Source: Lingula anatina (lineage: Eukaryota > Animalia > Brachiopoda). From it: a stretch of DNA of 64,000 nucleotides. Shown piece after piece: positions 45,790-58,937 of this stretch. Every line of letters starts with the position of its first letter. Position 1 is the first letter of the stretch. Location of the stretch: assembly GCA_051362555.1 (NCBI GenBank), contig CM120642.1, positions 7,564,001 through 7,628,000 on the forward strand. The letters run 5' to 3'. The position numbers and the translations under genes are program-made. The notes under the pieces are model-generated. The model was not told the DNA's origin, did no database searches, and saw only the letters and a program-made list of their open reading frames with translations.

Positions 45790-48700
45790 ATGTCTGCTGT
45801 CCACCCTTTCCCACTCGATTACCCGGAGACAAAACCAGCCTTTAACAAACAAAGCATTGGAGATACACAAAAGGAGCACGGCTGGACCAATGGCCCGGAA
45901 AAGCACAAAGACGAAGTAGTCCCAACTTTGAAAGAAGAGATGGTTGATTTTGCCAACAACGTTAGCATACTTGGGATGAAGCAAATTGTGAATACCAAAT
46001 ACTCGCCTGCCCGACGTCTCATTTGGTTAGCTTTTGTTTTAACAGGGTCAGCATTCTTAGTTTTCCATCTCTGGAACCGGATTGCCTATTACCTAGAGAA
46101 CCCAGCCTCAGTGGACGTGAGGTTTAACTATAACGACACTATTCCGTTCCCCACGCTTACTATCTGCAATAACAACAGATTCAACGTTGCAAAACTTTCT
46201 CAGAACGGTCAATACAACCTGGCAAGTTTCTTCGACTATGCGGTGACGCCCAATTTCACTGGGTACGACATGGACGCATACAACTGGACAGCGTTTTACA
46301 TTAATAACCAATACACAATGGTGGACATTGCACCATCGGTGAGTTTAATGTTTATTTGAAAACGAAATACTATATTAAATACACGCTTGGTTTTAAACAG
46401 AGGTAAAAACATGTTCTAAGGACCATTCATGGTATGCAAGAAATACAATTCCTGTGTGAAAATAGTTTCATTGGATCTTAGTTTTGATAGTCAGAAAGGT
46501 TTCATTTATGCTAGATCCTGAAATTTGATTTACCTGTTGACTGTTTCGTCTGTTCACTCTGACAGACTTGGTCACAACTGAATTACCTGTTCAGGTGAAG
46601 GTGAACAGGGTTCCGTATCTCGAAAGGTTCGCTATGTTGCGCTCGTGCTCACGTAAGCAAGTGTCTCGATTCCATGGCCCCGTACTCGACTGCACTAGGC
46701 CCCTAACCTCTCACGAAGCTTCGGTTTCCTTTCAGTATTGTACGTTCAATAGCGAACCGTGTTTATCTAACCTGTCTCTGGTCGAAACTGAAATGGGGAC
46801 CTGTCTCCAGTTTAACGGAGGTAGGTCCGCGAGAGTAGAATGTTTTACAACTTCAGGTTTTTTCGTTATAATTAGTGTTGATTTAATCAGTTATTTCAAC
46901 ATTTTTCAAAATAAACAGCTTTGTCGTTGATATTTGATCACCATTTTAACTTCAGATCGAAGGTTCTATTAAAATTATTTCTGATAAAGATGCGTGCATA
47001 TACAGAGCTATTTGAAAAAGAGGTATCAATGGCTTGCTATCTTTTTAAGTAGCAATGGAATTTACTGTTATTTCCTTCTTCTTTGTTTTAATACCTTTTC
47101 TTTGTTTTACCTTAAAAGTTTCTCAATTTTATTTTACAGTGTTCTGTTCTTCCTGAAGAAAAAATATTAATTGCCATTTTGTGTTGTTCTTATCACTTTT
47201 AGAGGGTGAATTGAAGATGGTTGACGGAGAAGGAATCCACCATGGTTTAACAACGTTTCTTCTCGCCAATCAGTACCAATACGTTCCTTTCACTGTCACT
47301 GCTGGATTCACAGTAAGTCTAGTTGCCATGACAACACATGAATGACAAGATCTACCCTCGTCCATTTACTTTTTCTTAAAATTATTTACCCCATGTCCTC
47401 CCGCGAAGAGCAACTCATGTACACTGTCCCTAAATGATTCCCTGACATTAACCTTGGAACCGTTCACTTTTGATGTTCGCTAGCTCGAAACATTACTTCA
47501 CGAATATGTGCCCATAAACATTTTTATTCTATCGTCTTCCTAGAAAAATGTGCCCCTGCGGATATTTCCAGTTTGTCAGTATAGTGGTGTTTTGTGCCAA
47601 GTAGTCCAATACGTTTAATTTGTTTATAAATTCAAATATTGTGCAATTACCAGATTTTGCTTCACGACCGGGGCGAAGTGCCGCAACTGTCTCGTCTGGG
47701 ACTGCAGATAGCGCCTGGAGAAAGCGTCAACGTCGCCATGAAGCAATTTAAGGTACGTTTTCCTTGGGCCCACGCACACTACGAGGTACGGTCTGAGTTA
47801 CGGGGCGTACATAGCAAGCACGTCAGCTTGATACTGTCGTGTTTATGGGTTTTAGGAGTCTGTGTGAGTTTAAGTCTACAGAAGGATGCCATGCACATCA
47901 GAATTAGTACTTACGTTGTCCCTCCCCCCTCGAATGACTGTATATTCTTGACAGGTATATGTATGAACTACAAAGAATAGGGGCCAGCGAGAGGAAATAA
48001 GACACAGCTTTGCCACGGTTTTATTTCCTTACACTGGGTCTCTTTTCTCGTAGTTCACGAAGAACTACATTATATTATATTATATTATATTATATTATAT
48101 TATATTATATTATATTATATAGGTGTCGAACCTCCCTCCCCCACATGGCCAGTGTCAAGACAAATCACTAAAATATTTTCCCAAATATACCAAACTTAAT
48201 TGTGAAGCTGAATGCGGGTAAGTAGATTATTAAAACATTTCTATAAACTCGGCCTCTTTTTCTCTTTAAACATTGTAGACTATGATTTACGTCTTTATTT
48301 TTGTAATAATTTTTAAAATTTTCACTTATAGCTATTGTAAAGGTCTAACGCCCATTGTGTTACTTTAGATATAATACCAATGATAAAAAAGTAAGAATAC
48401 CAATGCTTGTTATTTATGCGACGGGTTGGAAATACTGGAAGAGAAATCTATACAAGAAATTGAATGATAACGTTGCTAAAATCATGTTAAAGATCATGTC
48501 ACTATTTCTGACACATTTGGTTATCAAATCTCAACAACAGCAACATTAACCGCACCTTTCCTTAGTTTTTGTGACTCTTTAATTTATACATTATCATCTC
48601 AACTTTACAGAGTGAATTATTCCATTTACGGGATAAGAGATGTTAAATTGACCTTAACATGGAATTGTAGTTCGATTAATTCTTCATTGATTTTGTTTTA

Positions 48701-49169
48701 CAGCATTAACCGCACCATTGAGAAATGTGAGTGCCGAATGCATCACTTTGCTAACGTCAGTGATGTTCGTGTCTGTAACCCCAGGGATCTTAGGGTGTGT
48801 GACGCCGTGAATTCAACCGCAGAAATCAAAGCACGCAATTGCGGCTGCACTGAGGCCTGTAGAAGAACTCATTACGAAACCTCTATCTCCCATAGTAAAT
48901 TATCAGTACTGTTTATGAACACAATGGTGGCGCAGTACAACGTACCTGCATCGTTTTACGCGGAAAACCTGATTGCTCTTAATATATTCTATTCTGACAT
49001 CAGCGTCGAGGAGGTTGTGCAACAGGAGGCGTACAGCGCGCTGACCCTCTTCGCAGATATCGGGGGAGCGTTGGGTCTCGTGCTGGGGAGCACCTTGATG
49101 ACAGCTGCTGAAATAGTGGACTTTGTTCTGGGCGTGAGTTTATGGAAACTGTTTGGACTCAAAGTTTAA
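45790..49169 (+). CDS. DEG/ENaC (ASIC-like) channel subunit, copy 3, about 467 aa, divergently oriented and more diverged
   Basis: Exons 45790-46338, 46736-46820, 47203-47312, 47654-47752, 48123-48217, 48704-49169. Same intron phases as copies 1 and 2. Motifs FPTLTICNNN, TEMGTCLQFN, LPPPHGQC, ADIGGALGLVLGST. Confidence 0.92.
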
Positions 49170-51760
49170 GTGTTTGCAGGTTCTTTACTACGTCATACTG
49201 GGAAGTAAACCCTTTGGTCGATTGCGCGTGACGTCACATAAAGACTGTTCGGAATATTTGGGTGTAAGACGCTGATTTTTAAACTGGCGGTTAAGATAAG
49301 ATAAGATAAGAGTTTATTTAGCCAATTATAAAAATCGGAAATCATTTTCCTTCTGGAGCAAGTTTGATAATATAAATAGTAAAATAATACAATTAATAAA
49401 TTAAGAATTTGGTTTTGAGATCAAATTGAAATGCGTCACTGCACTTGGATAAAAGCTGATTAAAAAGCGTTTACTGCCTTTAAAAGTTAAAAGTCTACTG
49501 TTTAAACTTCGCAGAATCTCTCATTTTCATGTGAAGCAAATGAATCGTCTCTTAATGCCCCGCTCTGATCACTTGATGAATAAGATAAGAGTGCAGCCGT
49601 ACAAAGAAGAGTTTAAGGTGACCGATTCTCCATTCAGTTCCTGGGGAGGATCCAGATAGGAGGGTTAGGAGGGGGGTTGTGGCACACATGATTGTTTAAA
49701 TTCTCTTTTCCCCTCTTTTTCCTTTTTTTTTTTTGGGGGGGGGGGGGGGTAAGTAAAGATGAAAGATGGAGCATCTAAAAAAAAGGTAACTGTATATAGT
49801 TTATGGTTTATTAATAAAACGTCTGTAGTAGAGCTCTTAGTCTCTTTGCCTGTTTGTGCATCTTTCAAATTTAATCAGTTTAAACATTGTGAATCACTCA
49901 TCTTATCTTGTTTTTGACATTATCTCAGGGAATCATGATCAACTATATAACATTGAAGAAATAGTTTTTTCAATAACCGTAGTATGGTGCAATTTCTTTC
50001 AAGAGAAAAAACGTTAATAAACAACGTACACATTTTTAAATAAATATAATCACCAATATATTATAATGCACAGGAAGAGTATATAGAGTAGTATTTCGAT
50101 CAGAGAGCATTCAAATATTGGATAACTGTCTTAAAATGGTCTAATATGCATCCTTGCTAGAAGTGTTTTTAGATATATTTAGCCAGTGGTGTTTTTATCT
50201 GTTTTGCCATTGGGTCATACATGTACTAGTACTTATAGGCAAAATGCATAATTCATTCTTGGGGTATATTTGACCTCTAAATTTCAGTGAAGTATAAATG
50301 TACGTGTAACCATTAATTCTGCTCAACTCTGCATCACAGAGAATACGACTCCAGTTTCCTGTTGAGCATTAATCGACGGATTTGTTCCCCTTCCGAAGCG
50401 TAAACATTGTTTCTAAATATAAAGGTAAATACAAAGGTAAACGCTTTGTGAAAACTGTCGAAGTCGGTGCATATACGGTACATGTTTGTTCAGATAATTT
50501 TAAAGGTATTAAAAAGGGTGAATCCAAGAGTTCAAACATTTCATTTTCTCCACTGCAAGAGACACGCACGTCCCTATTATAAAGTGACGCTGGCTGGAAC
50601 GGGGGCAAGTAATTAATAAAATATTGAGTGGACGAATGCAATGCGCTCCGAATTCTAAACTTAAGTCAACCAAAAAAGTCTGTAATGTCAAGCATTTAAA
50701 TTTTCCACCGTGTTTCTATTCAAAATGTGTGTGTGCGTTCCTTACTCTCAAACCCTCTCTCTCTCTCTTGCTGTGGGTGTTATGAAAACCTTTTATACAA
50801 GAATTCTTCTGTAGACGAGAGTCAAGTAAAAGCGTATTTCTCCACCAGGGTTTTGTTACGTAAGACACGAAGTTATATAAAAATTCAAAGTTATATAAAA
50901 TATAGCATGAAATATTCATGGCTCGAAAGAACAGATATTTAAATCATAAATAATAAACAGACATATACACATATACCAGCAGTTATCATCGGACCTACTG
51001 GTCATGGACTGATTCTCTGACCACGGCGCCATCCCTCAGTTATGTAAAAATCGTTGTTAATAATTCAAATTGTAATAAATAAATAAAAGAACGGACTTTA
51101 CTTGGCATGTATGAAACGGTTATCATATAGCTAGAATGGAATGTCAGAAAATTGTATTGAATCATTCTGTTTATGTTTACGGTATATTGAAAACGGAAAG
51201 TTTAAGGCAAACAGCAACTCCAAACGGACGATAAAAGATTCTATCAAGAGTAGGTGTAGAAGGAGAGAGGACATTCTATATCTGTATTGTTCTCTGAGTA
51301 TTATTATATTTAAAGATTATAACGGGTATTTACTAAGAAATCACACTACACATCACACTTCACGAGTGTTTTTAAAAGATAAGTCCATTTCCGAAAAGCA
51401 ATAGCCAGAACCAATTAAATATTGCAGAATCATTTAGAATTTGCAACTATTTCAACAATAATTCACTTTGGGATGAAAGTGCATACTTTCTTATTACAAA
51501 AAAGAGGCAAATAATGCTGCATGGAATGAGACTTTAGTCGGTTGCAACGAGGGCGTGCTAAAATGTACCAGCAGCGCCATCTATGGTCCATATCATCAAA
51601 AGGGCTCACTAGTACAGCATTAGTGCAGGAAGTATAGCCGTGTACGGTTGAGTTCATTTCAACATATTCCCCCTTAATATTTTAAGAACAATAGCGATCC
51701 AGAGAAAATAAAATTGAATACATCATCTTAGTTTTGTGTGCACTTAGGAAAGAAAATACA

Positions 51761-51879
51761 GTGTATTAGGAAAGAAAATTCGTGTTTCGGTGACGCCCTG
51801 TTCCCCCTATAGCAAAAGGCGGTGTATTAGGAAAGAAAATTCGTGTTTCGGTGACGCCCTGTTCCCCCTATAGCAAAAG
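51761..51879. repeat. Tandem duplication of a 58-bp unit (period 61)
   Basis: GTGTATTAGGAAAGAAAATTCGTGTTTCGGTGACGCCCTGTTCCCCCTATAGCAAAAG at 51761 and 51822, just upstream of a candidate non-coding exon ending CAG|GTAAGC at 51947. Confidence 0.85.
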
Positions 51880-52778
51880 TGCCAAGGCGGTGCATATTTA
51901 TTTAAATAAGCAATCACCATCACGAATCGTGCATCTATTGACAACAGGTAAGCTGATCAGAACCGGATTCCAAATACACAAACTTCATAACAGCCAGACG
52001 AAGTGCAGTGAGAATAACAAGCAACAGAAAGGTAGGCGTCAAAGTGCGTTGATGCACAAGTTAACTGTGTATTGAGATACTTAGACAAGCTCTTTGTTCT
52101 ACGCTGGTGTCTAGATATTTATCGCATGGTCCACATGATCCACAGATTTACAAGATCAGTATATGTCAGGCCCAAATGGTCTCTTATGAGCACACACTTT
52201 GCATGCATGTGCAATCGTACTGATTTGAGAGTAGGCCGGGGCCTAAAGCACGACTAGTGTCGACATATACATTGTCAAGATATATTTAAGTGTTGAAGTA
52301 AACTTTTCATTTCATTCTTTAATTCATTCCTTCATTATGTAAAATATTTTTGTTTTTTGGCTTCTGTTTGTATATATATATACGCATATTAACATACATA
52401 TATTTTGGCTTGCAATTGCATTATTTTGGTTTGAATTTTTCACTCTCTTTCTGGTTGCCATTGTTGGCCTCTTTGCAACCCCACAAATGAAAATATGTGC
52501 ACTATTTGTTTTGATATTTATTTTTATGATATAATATTACGTAATTTTAATTAAGTAGACATTATCTAATGCTATAAATTAACTAACACCATTTTCTACT
52601 AGAGGGACCTGTCAATAAAAGCGGCCGCTATCGGCCAAATTTCGAGCACTATATTTGTGCTTGTCTTTTAATCTTCCTTTCGATTGGGTTAATGAGGAGA
52701 AATAAACAATATTTAAACCGGTGGATATAAACGTTCGTGTTCATTTTGTTCTAGGACTCTTGGATTCACGGCGCTAAA

Positions 52779-55700
52779 ATGAGAAACAACACGCTGAAGA
52801 TGTGGTCATTGCTCCTCCTTGTTTATGTTGCCGTAGCCGATAATCATTTGACAACAGCTCGTAAAGTCCAATTTCATTTCTTTCGCTTTTTATTATTTTT
52901 TTGTCAACAAAATGTGTAATACTGTAAATAAGACAGAGTACAAAATGAAACAGATCTATGAATCATACACAAATTAAATCTACTGCATTGTATTTAAATC
53001 TAAACAACGTACATGTGTATCTATGTTATGTAGGTCCTAGTTTAGAAAGAGCTACTTTTTACTTATTCTAAGTCAAAGATCATGTTTTTTAAAATAATAT
53101 AACTTCTGTTGTCCATTTCGTAATAAGGTAGCAATGTATAAAAATTAACACGTATACATGTATAGATAAATCATCAAATAATTGCGGAGATTTTGCGATC
53201 TAACATGGTATTTCTTATACTTCGTTTCAAGCCACCTGTTGCCAACTGGGCCAAGAACCGCTTATACAGACGTGTGACACCCGTGTACAAGCGCTTGGGA
53301 ATAACAGCTGTGCAGACGAATACGAAACATGCTGTCAAAATTCAGGTATCATGTTGATTTTTCCTTTGTCAGAACATAAAACAATCAGAATATAAACATA
53401 TATACAGACACTCTGTTCTTAGTCAACAAGTTATACCACGTACAAAACTATTTGCATATCGGCTAAATATTCGTCATCCCATTTTTTAGTTTTAAGTTTC
53501 TAGTTTGTGGGCCACTCTTGTAATAGTGTTATAAACTGATGAAGTTCGCTAGTGACGCCAACAGTGAGAAATTTAGAAGATGAAATGGGTTTACAGGTCG
53601 TACGTCTTTCAAGGATTCAAGGATAGGGTTGTCATGGTGACAAACAGAAACCATTTCTTCATTTCGAACAGAAACTTGGTGGTCTGTATTTTCAGGAGAA
53701 TTAAATTTTAACAACATAAAGGTCTGGCCAGCTGTGTACGTTTTAAGGTCCTTTTAAAAAAATGTAAAATCTAATTTCAGAGATCATGTGTTGTGAGAGG
53801 GGATTCCTAGTTGATGGTTCTACTTGTGAAGATCGGGTCACTTCCGACGCCATTTCCTATTGCCTTATTGACAATACCTTTACGTCTTGCTGTGAATGCT
53901 GCGAAACTGGACAGGCCGTGGAATCGACCAACTGTTTTGAGGCATCTCTCGTGGCAGAGAACTCAGAGCTTCGATGTCCAAGAGCTAGCGTCCTAGCTTG
54001 TTGCACAGCAGATGAAAATTTACCAGTGGATTCCTGTATGTTAACTCGGTAACAGTATTTTTAAGGAAAATTAAAAATTATATCATGCTTTGTTTGGCAG
54101 TCATAAATTTCTCTTAGGATCGCAGTTTTAAATGGTGTGATATAACATAGGCGAGTTCCCCCTCTTTCTCTTAAACCAAAAAACTGTTAAGTGCTGGTTT
54201 GGCTCATTAGCTATAGCATTCGCGACGTGAGCAAAAAAAAAAAATGGATTATTTTATCTAAGAATCTGATGGTTTCAATTATTTCCCCAACACATTTATT
54301 AGGTCCAGTAAAAATTATGAATTGTGCTTATTTTTCATATAGCGACAGAAGCGGCGTATAGAACGGCGGGTCTCAACCTGGCACTGACGGGAAACTGCGG
54401 TTCGGACACCGACTCAATAACAGGAACCTACTGTGAGTGTTGCTTGTATGCGAAGCAACGGTCTGAGGAAACTTGTACTGTTCGTGTCGCTCGTATTACG
54501 GAGAACAGCAGATGTAGAACGGCTTTCGAGTCTTGTTGTGAAGACCCGGGTAGGTACTTACATGTAAATGAAATAATTTTTACCTGTATGTTGAATTGGA
54601 AAACAATAAAATTCCTATTTCCTAGATTTGATTTTTCAGCTTCTGTTTTAAAAACGGAACGAAGAAACATAAAACCATATATACAAACATATATAAAGAG
54701 AACAAATTAAGTTAGTCTGTTTTCCCCATGTTTAATACTACCCTACAGCTGCCCGGAGGCCTCATCAAGGGCGCATACAAATCAAATACAGAAAAAATGC
54801 CTGGTCAAAATTAAATCTATCGTCTATATATCTGTTGCAGCAATGGTTGGTAATTTGCTTTTGTTGACAACTCGACTATAAGATATGCCTATGAACCATT
54901 TGCTTGTTAAACAGTGTATCATTTCAGACGAATCAACACAATGCTTTTTGAAAGGGCTGTTGGGTTTTGACGAGCATCGCGATTGCGAAGTTCGAGCCCA
55001 AGCTCTAGGAGGGCTGACATCCTCATGTTCTGAAATTTTCATCGACGCTTGCTCTTGTTGTGAGCGTGGCCGAACCTTTGAACCGAATGACATATCCCCA
55101 AGCTGTGAAGAGGAGATGGCGTCTATTGAAGATGATTGGTGCCGAAGAGCCTTTCAGGCCTGTTGCAGCAATGGTAAGATTTCTTTATCTTTCTGGTTTA
55201 TTTTTACTAGACCGCCTGCGTTGATCGTATAATTTCCTTGCCCTCTGTTTTCATTAGAGCCACTGTGTTGATCGTATTGTTACCTTACGCTTTTTTTTTC
55301 TGACTAGAGCGATTTTGCTGATCGTACGGCCTGTTTTTACCAGAGCGACTGTGCTGGCCTCCTAACAATCTGTTATTATTAAAGCGAACGTGTCTTGAAC
55401 GTGTGGTTTTTGCCTATATTTTTCAATCAGATCCCATCATATACAATACCAGGGAATTGCAGGTGCATCATAAAAGTACAGGCATAATGACTTTCGTAGT
55501 ATCTCTGTGGTGGGCCATTCAACCATACTACGAAAGTCATTATGCCAGTACTTTTAGGCTACACCTGCAATTCCCTGGTATTGTATATGGTGGGATCTGA
55601 TTGAAAAAATAATGGGCGCTTTTCAAATTGTAAAAAAAATACTGAGGACCCGTCTGATATACATGTATATTCTATTCTATAATTCATTAACATGAAGGAA

Positions 55701-57756
55701 ACGTGTTTAATAAACATAACCCCTATTTACTGAACTTCACAGCCGATGGTAGAAGCTCACAAGATGGCGACCCTCACTTCGTCACCTTTGATGGCGCTAA
55801 AATTTCTTACCAAGGACCATGCCGTTATGTGCTGACTGAAACGGATCCACGTTACTTGGTAAAAATTCGACTATTATAAACTATTATAATTTCTACAGCA
55901 GGCAGACATATCAAACTGTAATTTATCATTTTTTCTCAACAGTGTGATTTTGTTTATGAGACTAAAATCATTGCCATTGTCATCAACAAAATAGCGTTTG
56001 TGGATTGTTACCTTCTGCTAGTATTTCTATTACCTTATTTAAATATCAGTGAAGTGGAAGGTTAACAATCTCCTACAAATGAATAAAATTGCCCATGGTA
56101 GTGACTACAATTTTAATGTGGTATTACTCGACTTTGATAAAAGTGCTTAGTGAATGAATATGTGCGAAATTCAAGATATTCATTCTTGAAGAGGTCCGGC
56201 TGTTATTCCAATATTAATGAACTATATTTTTGTCTTGGCAAAACGGGAAACCACTTCTAATGTGATTAAACATGTTTCTACCTGTGATGCATGGCGCCAC
56301 GACCTTGTTAACACTTCTTGGAATATTGTAGCACCATGTCACAGAGGTAAAAATACGTGCAGTCTCTTTAGAAATGAGTACCCCTTTACCACCTTAACAC
56401 AAGAAACAACGAAAACCTATTTTACCGTACTTGTTTCATATCACTCAAAAGGCTGCAGGACAAGTGAGGAGAATTTTCAAAAAGCAGAAATTATGCGAAT
56501 GTGAATGTAATCTTTGAAATGTAAACTATTTTGCTGCCATTGCTGACTTCGACCATACTTTGAATTGAAAATACAGTGACTTTATCATACACAACCTTAA
56601 TGTAAAATGATAAACACCATTATTTCCATTTTTGCTTTCACAGGGATCCGTACCGCCCTTTACTATCACTGCAAAGAACTCTATCCACACTGACCTGGCC
56701 AGCTATCTGGATGACGTCGAAGTGACCATTGGGGAGCGCAGTCTTCTGATGAATGTCCGTGGGAACATATTCGTGAGTAAATTAACGCATTGCACTGATG
56801 TGTTCTTCTGGGACAGGCTCATTAATGAATGAAAGATATAACTATATAACCGTGACTATTTTTAATTTTGCAAACGAAAGTTGCAGTTGTGATATAACCG
56901 GCGACCGTTTGTCTGTCTTAACGGACATGTTGTCTTAGAAATGTCTCCACAATTTTTGACAAATATTTTAGGATAGGCAGATTTGTTTTGCAGATTTGTA
57001 AAAATAATAAAGCCTAATCAATTTTCTTTTTTTTTTTGTAAATTTCTAATAAAATGATTCATATATTTTGACCAGGTTGACGGTCAGCTCCAGAGTGCTT
57101 CCTTCCAAGACGGAACCTTCAAGGTACATCGTGATGTTTTACAAAACGTCCTTCCTCGCGGTCCGAAAAGGGCCCTTAGTGAACCAGCGCTTCGTCTTGA
57201 AACCAGTATCTTGGTTAACCTGACGGTAACTGTGCAGCGCCCTGACGGCAAGGGGAGATATTATCTTAACATTGAAGTGCCCAAGATGTACCGAGGAAAG
57301 CTGACTGGTCTCGGCGGGAACTTCAACGGAGATCCCATGGACGACTATAGACTGTCTGATGGTAGAGATGTCAGAAATATTTGGCCAGTAATTTTCAGAA
57401 GTCAGATGATTGCTGATAGCTGGCTTGTGAAGGACGACCCTGTCAATCTGAAAACTGGGTAAGTGCATAGTTACAGGGTAATAATTTAATCAAATTAGAA
57501 TTCAACTGTTCTTTTTCTGTGGTTGTATTGTTTCACAGCCTGGTAATTCATGATCATTTGTTCTATATATACCGGGCTATCACACAATGTGATGCACCCC
57601 TTAAACTCCGATTGTACAGGGTCCAATAGTATTCAGAATATTCCTCACATAACGTATATCTTCTCGATAAAACCAACATGCACTATACACATATTTTAAG
57701 ACTAAACCTTTTTTCCTTCAAGACACCCATGTACAGAAGAGGAACGATTCGCATAA
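52779..57756 (+). CDS. Secreted protein, about 521 aa: signal peptide, about 7 anaphylatoxin-like (fibulin/C3a-type) Cys modules, and a VWD domain
   Basis: Exons 52779-52860, 53232-53345, 53781-54035, 54343-54549, 54928-55173, 55743-55858, 56644-56772, 57076-57458, 57723-57756 (1566 nt, frame intact). Signal-like MWSLLLLVYVAVA; repeated CCxxG...C...C...CC; VWD motifs GDPHFVTFDG, YQGPCRYVL, GKLTGLGGNFNGDPMDD, ADSW. Confidence 0.85.
55200..55355. repeat. Degenerate minisatellite of about 45-50 bp, about 4 copies, intronic
   Basis: Recurring (T/C)AGA(C/G)C...TG(T/C)TGATCGTA units. Confidence 0.55.
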
Positions 57757-58937
57757 AATTATGCAGAACTACCTGAATATGGACAAATGAATCACGGAGA
57801 AAACCATATACAGATGAATCTATATATGTGACTTGCTTGGTGTTTATCTCGAGCTGGGAAGTTGGTCAATATAAGCTAAAATGGAATTTTGATGCAAGGA
57901 GCAGTATTAAGGACTTGATTGGCTCGACAGAATTCTTTTAACGCATTTTAACTTCTTAAAGAATTGGGTGTTTGCGGACCGCTATGCTAACTTATAATAC
58001 ACAACTTGAAATCAAGTGAGCCGTTTCACGCATTCATTGTTTATTCGTTTTGCTTATAATGTTCACTTTGGCGAGGGCTTTGGTTTTATCGGTACGCAAA
58101 AAAACGTAATTGTTCTTTAAACGTAAACTGATATTTTTTAAAGACTTTTGTGGACTTTCTTTAAGTGTAGTTGAATATATTTCAATAATAGAAAATACAG
58201 CAACTTAAGCTGGATATTGAGATATTGCTATCTGAAAAGAAAATTGGACTTCTATAGGACTGAATTCTTATCTAGACATTTTCTTCAAATGTGATGATGT
58301 ATCTTTACGTAACAATTAGTGGTCCAACTTGGTCTGGATATTCGGGAACCGTTAATCAAGGAACTGCGACCAGTGATATATTGCAAGACGTTTTAATTCA
58401 CATTAAAATCTGAATAGATACCTGAGAACATTCCAAACAGCTATTCCCACTTAACACTTACATGTAACAAGATACCAACTGAACCTATGTGACTTGATAA
58501 AAAACATACTAGTATTGAATATTTCACTCAATGTCATTTTTTATAAAATAACCAAAGTTACTTAACCGTATCTTTCCTAATGCAGACCATGAAAATGATA
58601 AAACTCAAATTATCGATCGATATTTCCTTTTAAAAATACAGGTCGTTTTAAATGCCTGCTCAGACACCAAAAGCTTACTGCATTTATTTGATTAGAATTC
58701 ATATCAGGCACCGAATTCAAGTGCAAGGATGGGGAGATTAATGATTCGTGAGTTAGATGTCGTTACTTTTTTATCGAGTAGGTGTTCGTATTACAGTTCA
58801 CTAGTTAAAAGAATATCAAATATTATCTATTACAAACAATTCCCTGTTCTTACATTCCAATCTAAAAAAACATCCATGCCACACTATAAGCATTTTTAAT
58901 AGTGTCAAAACATTCTCGTAACAAAAGCATCAAGTAC

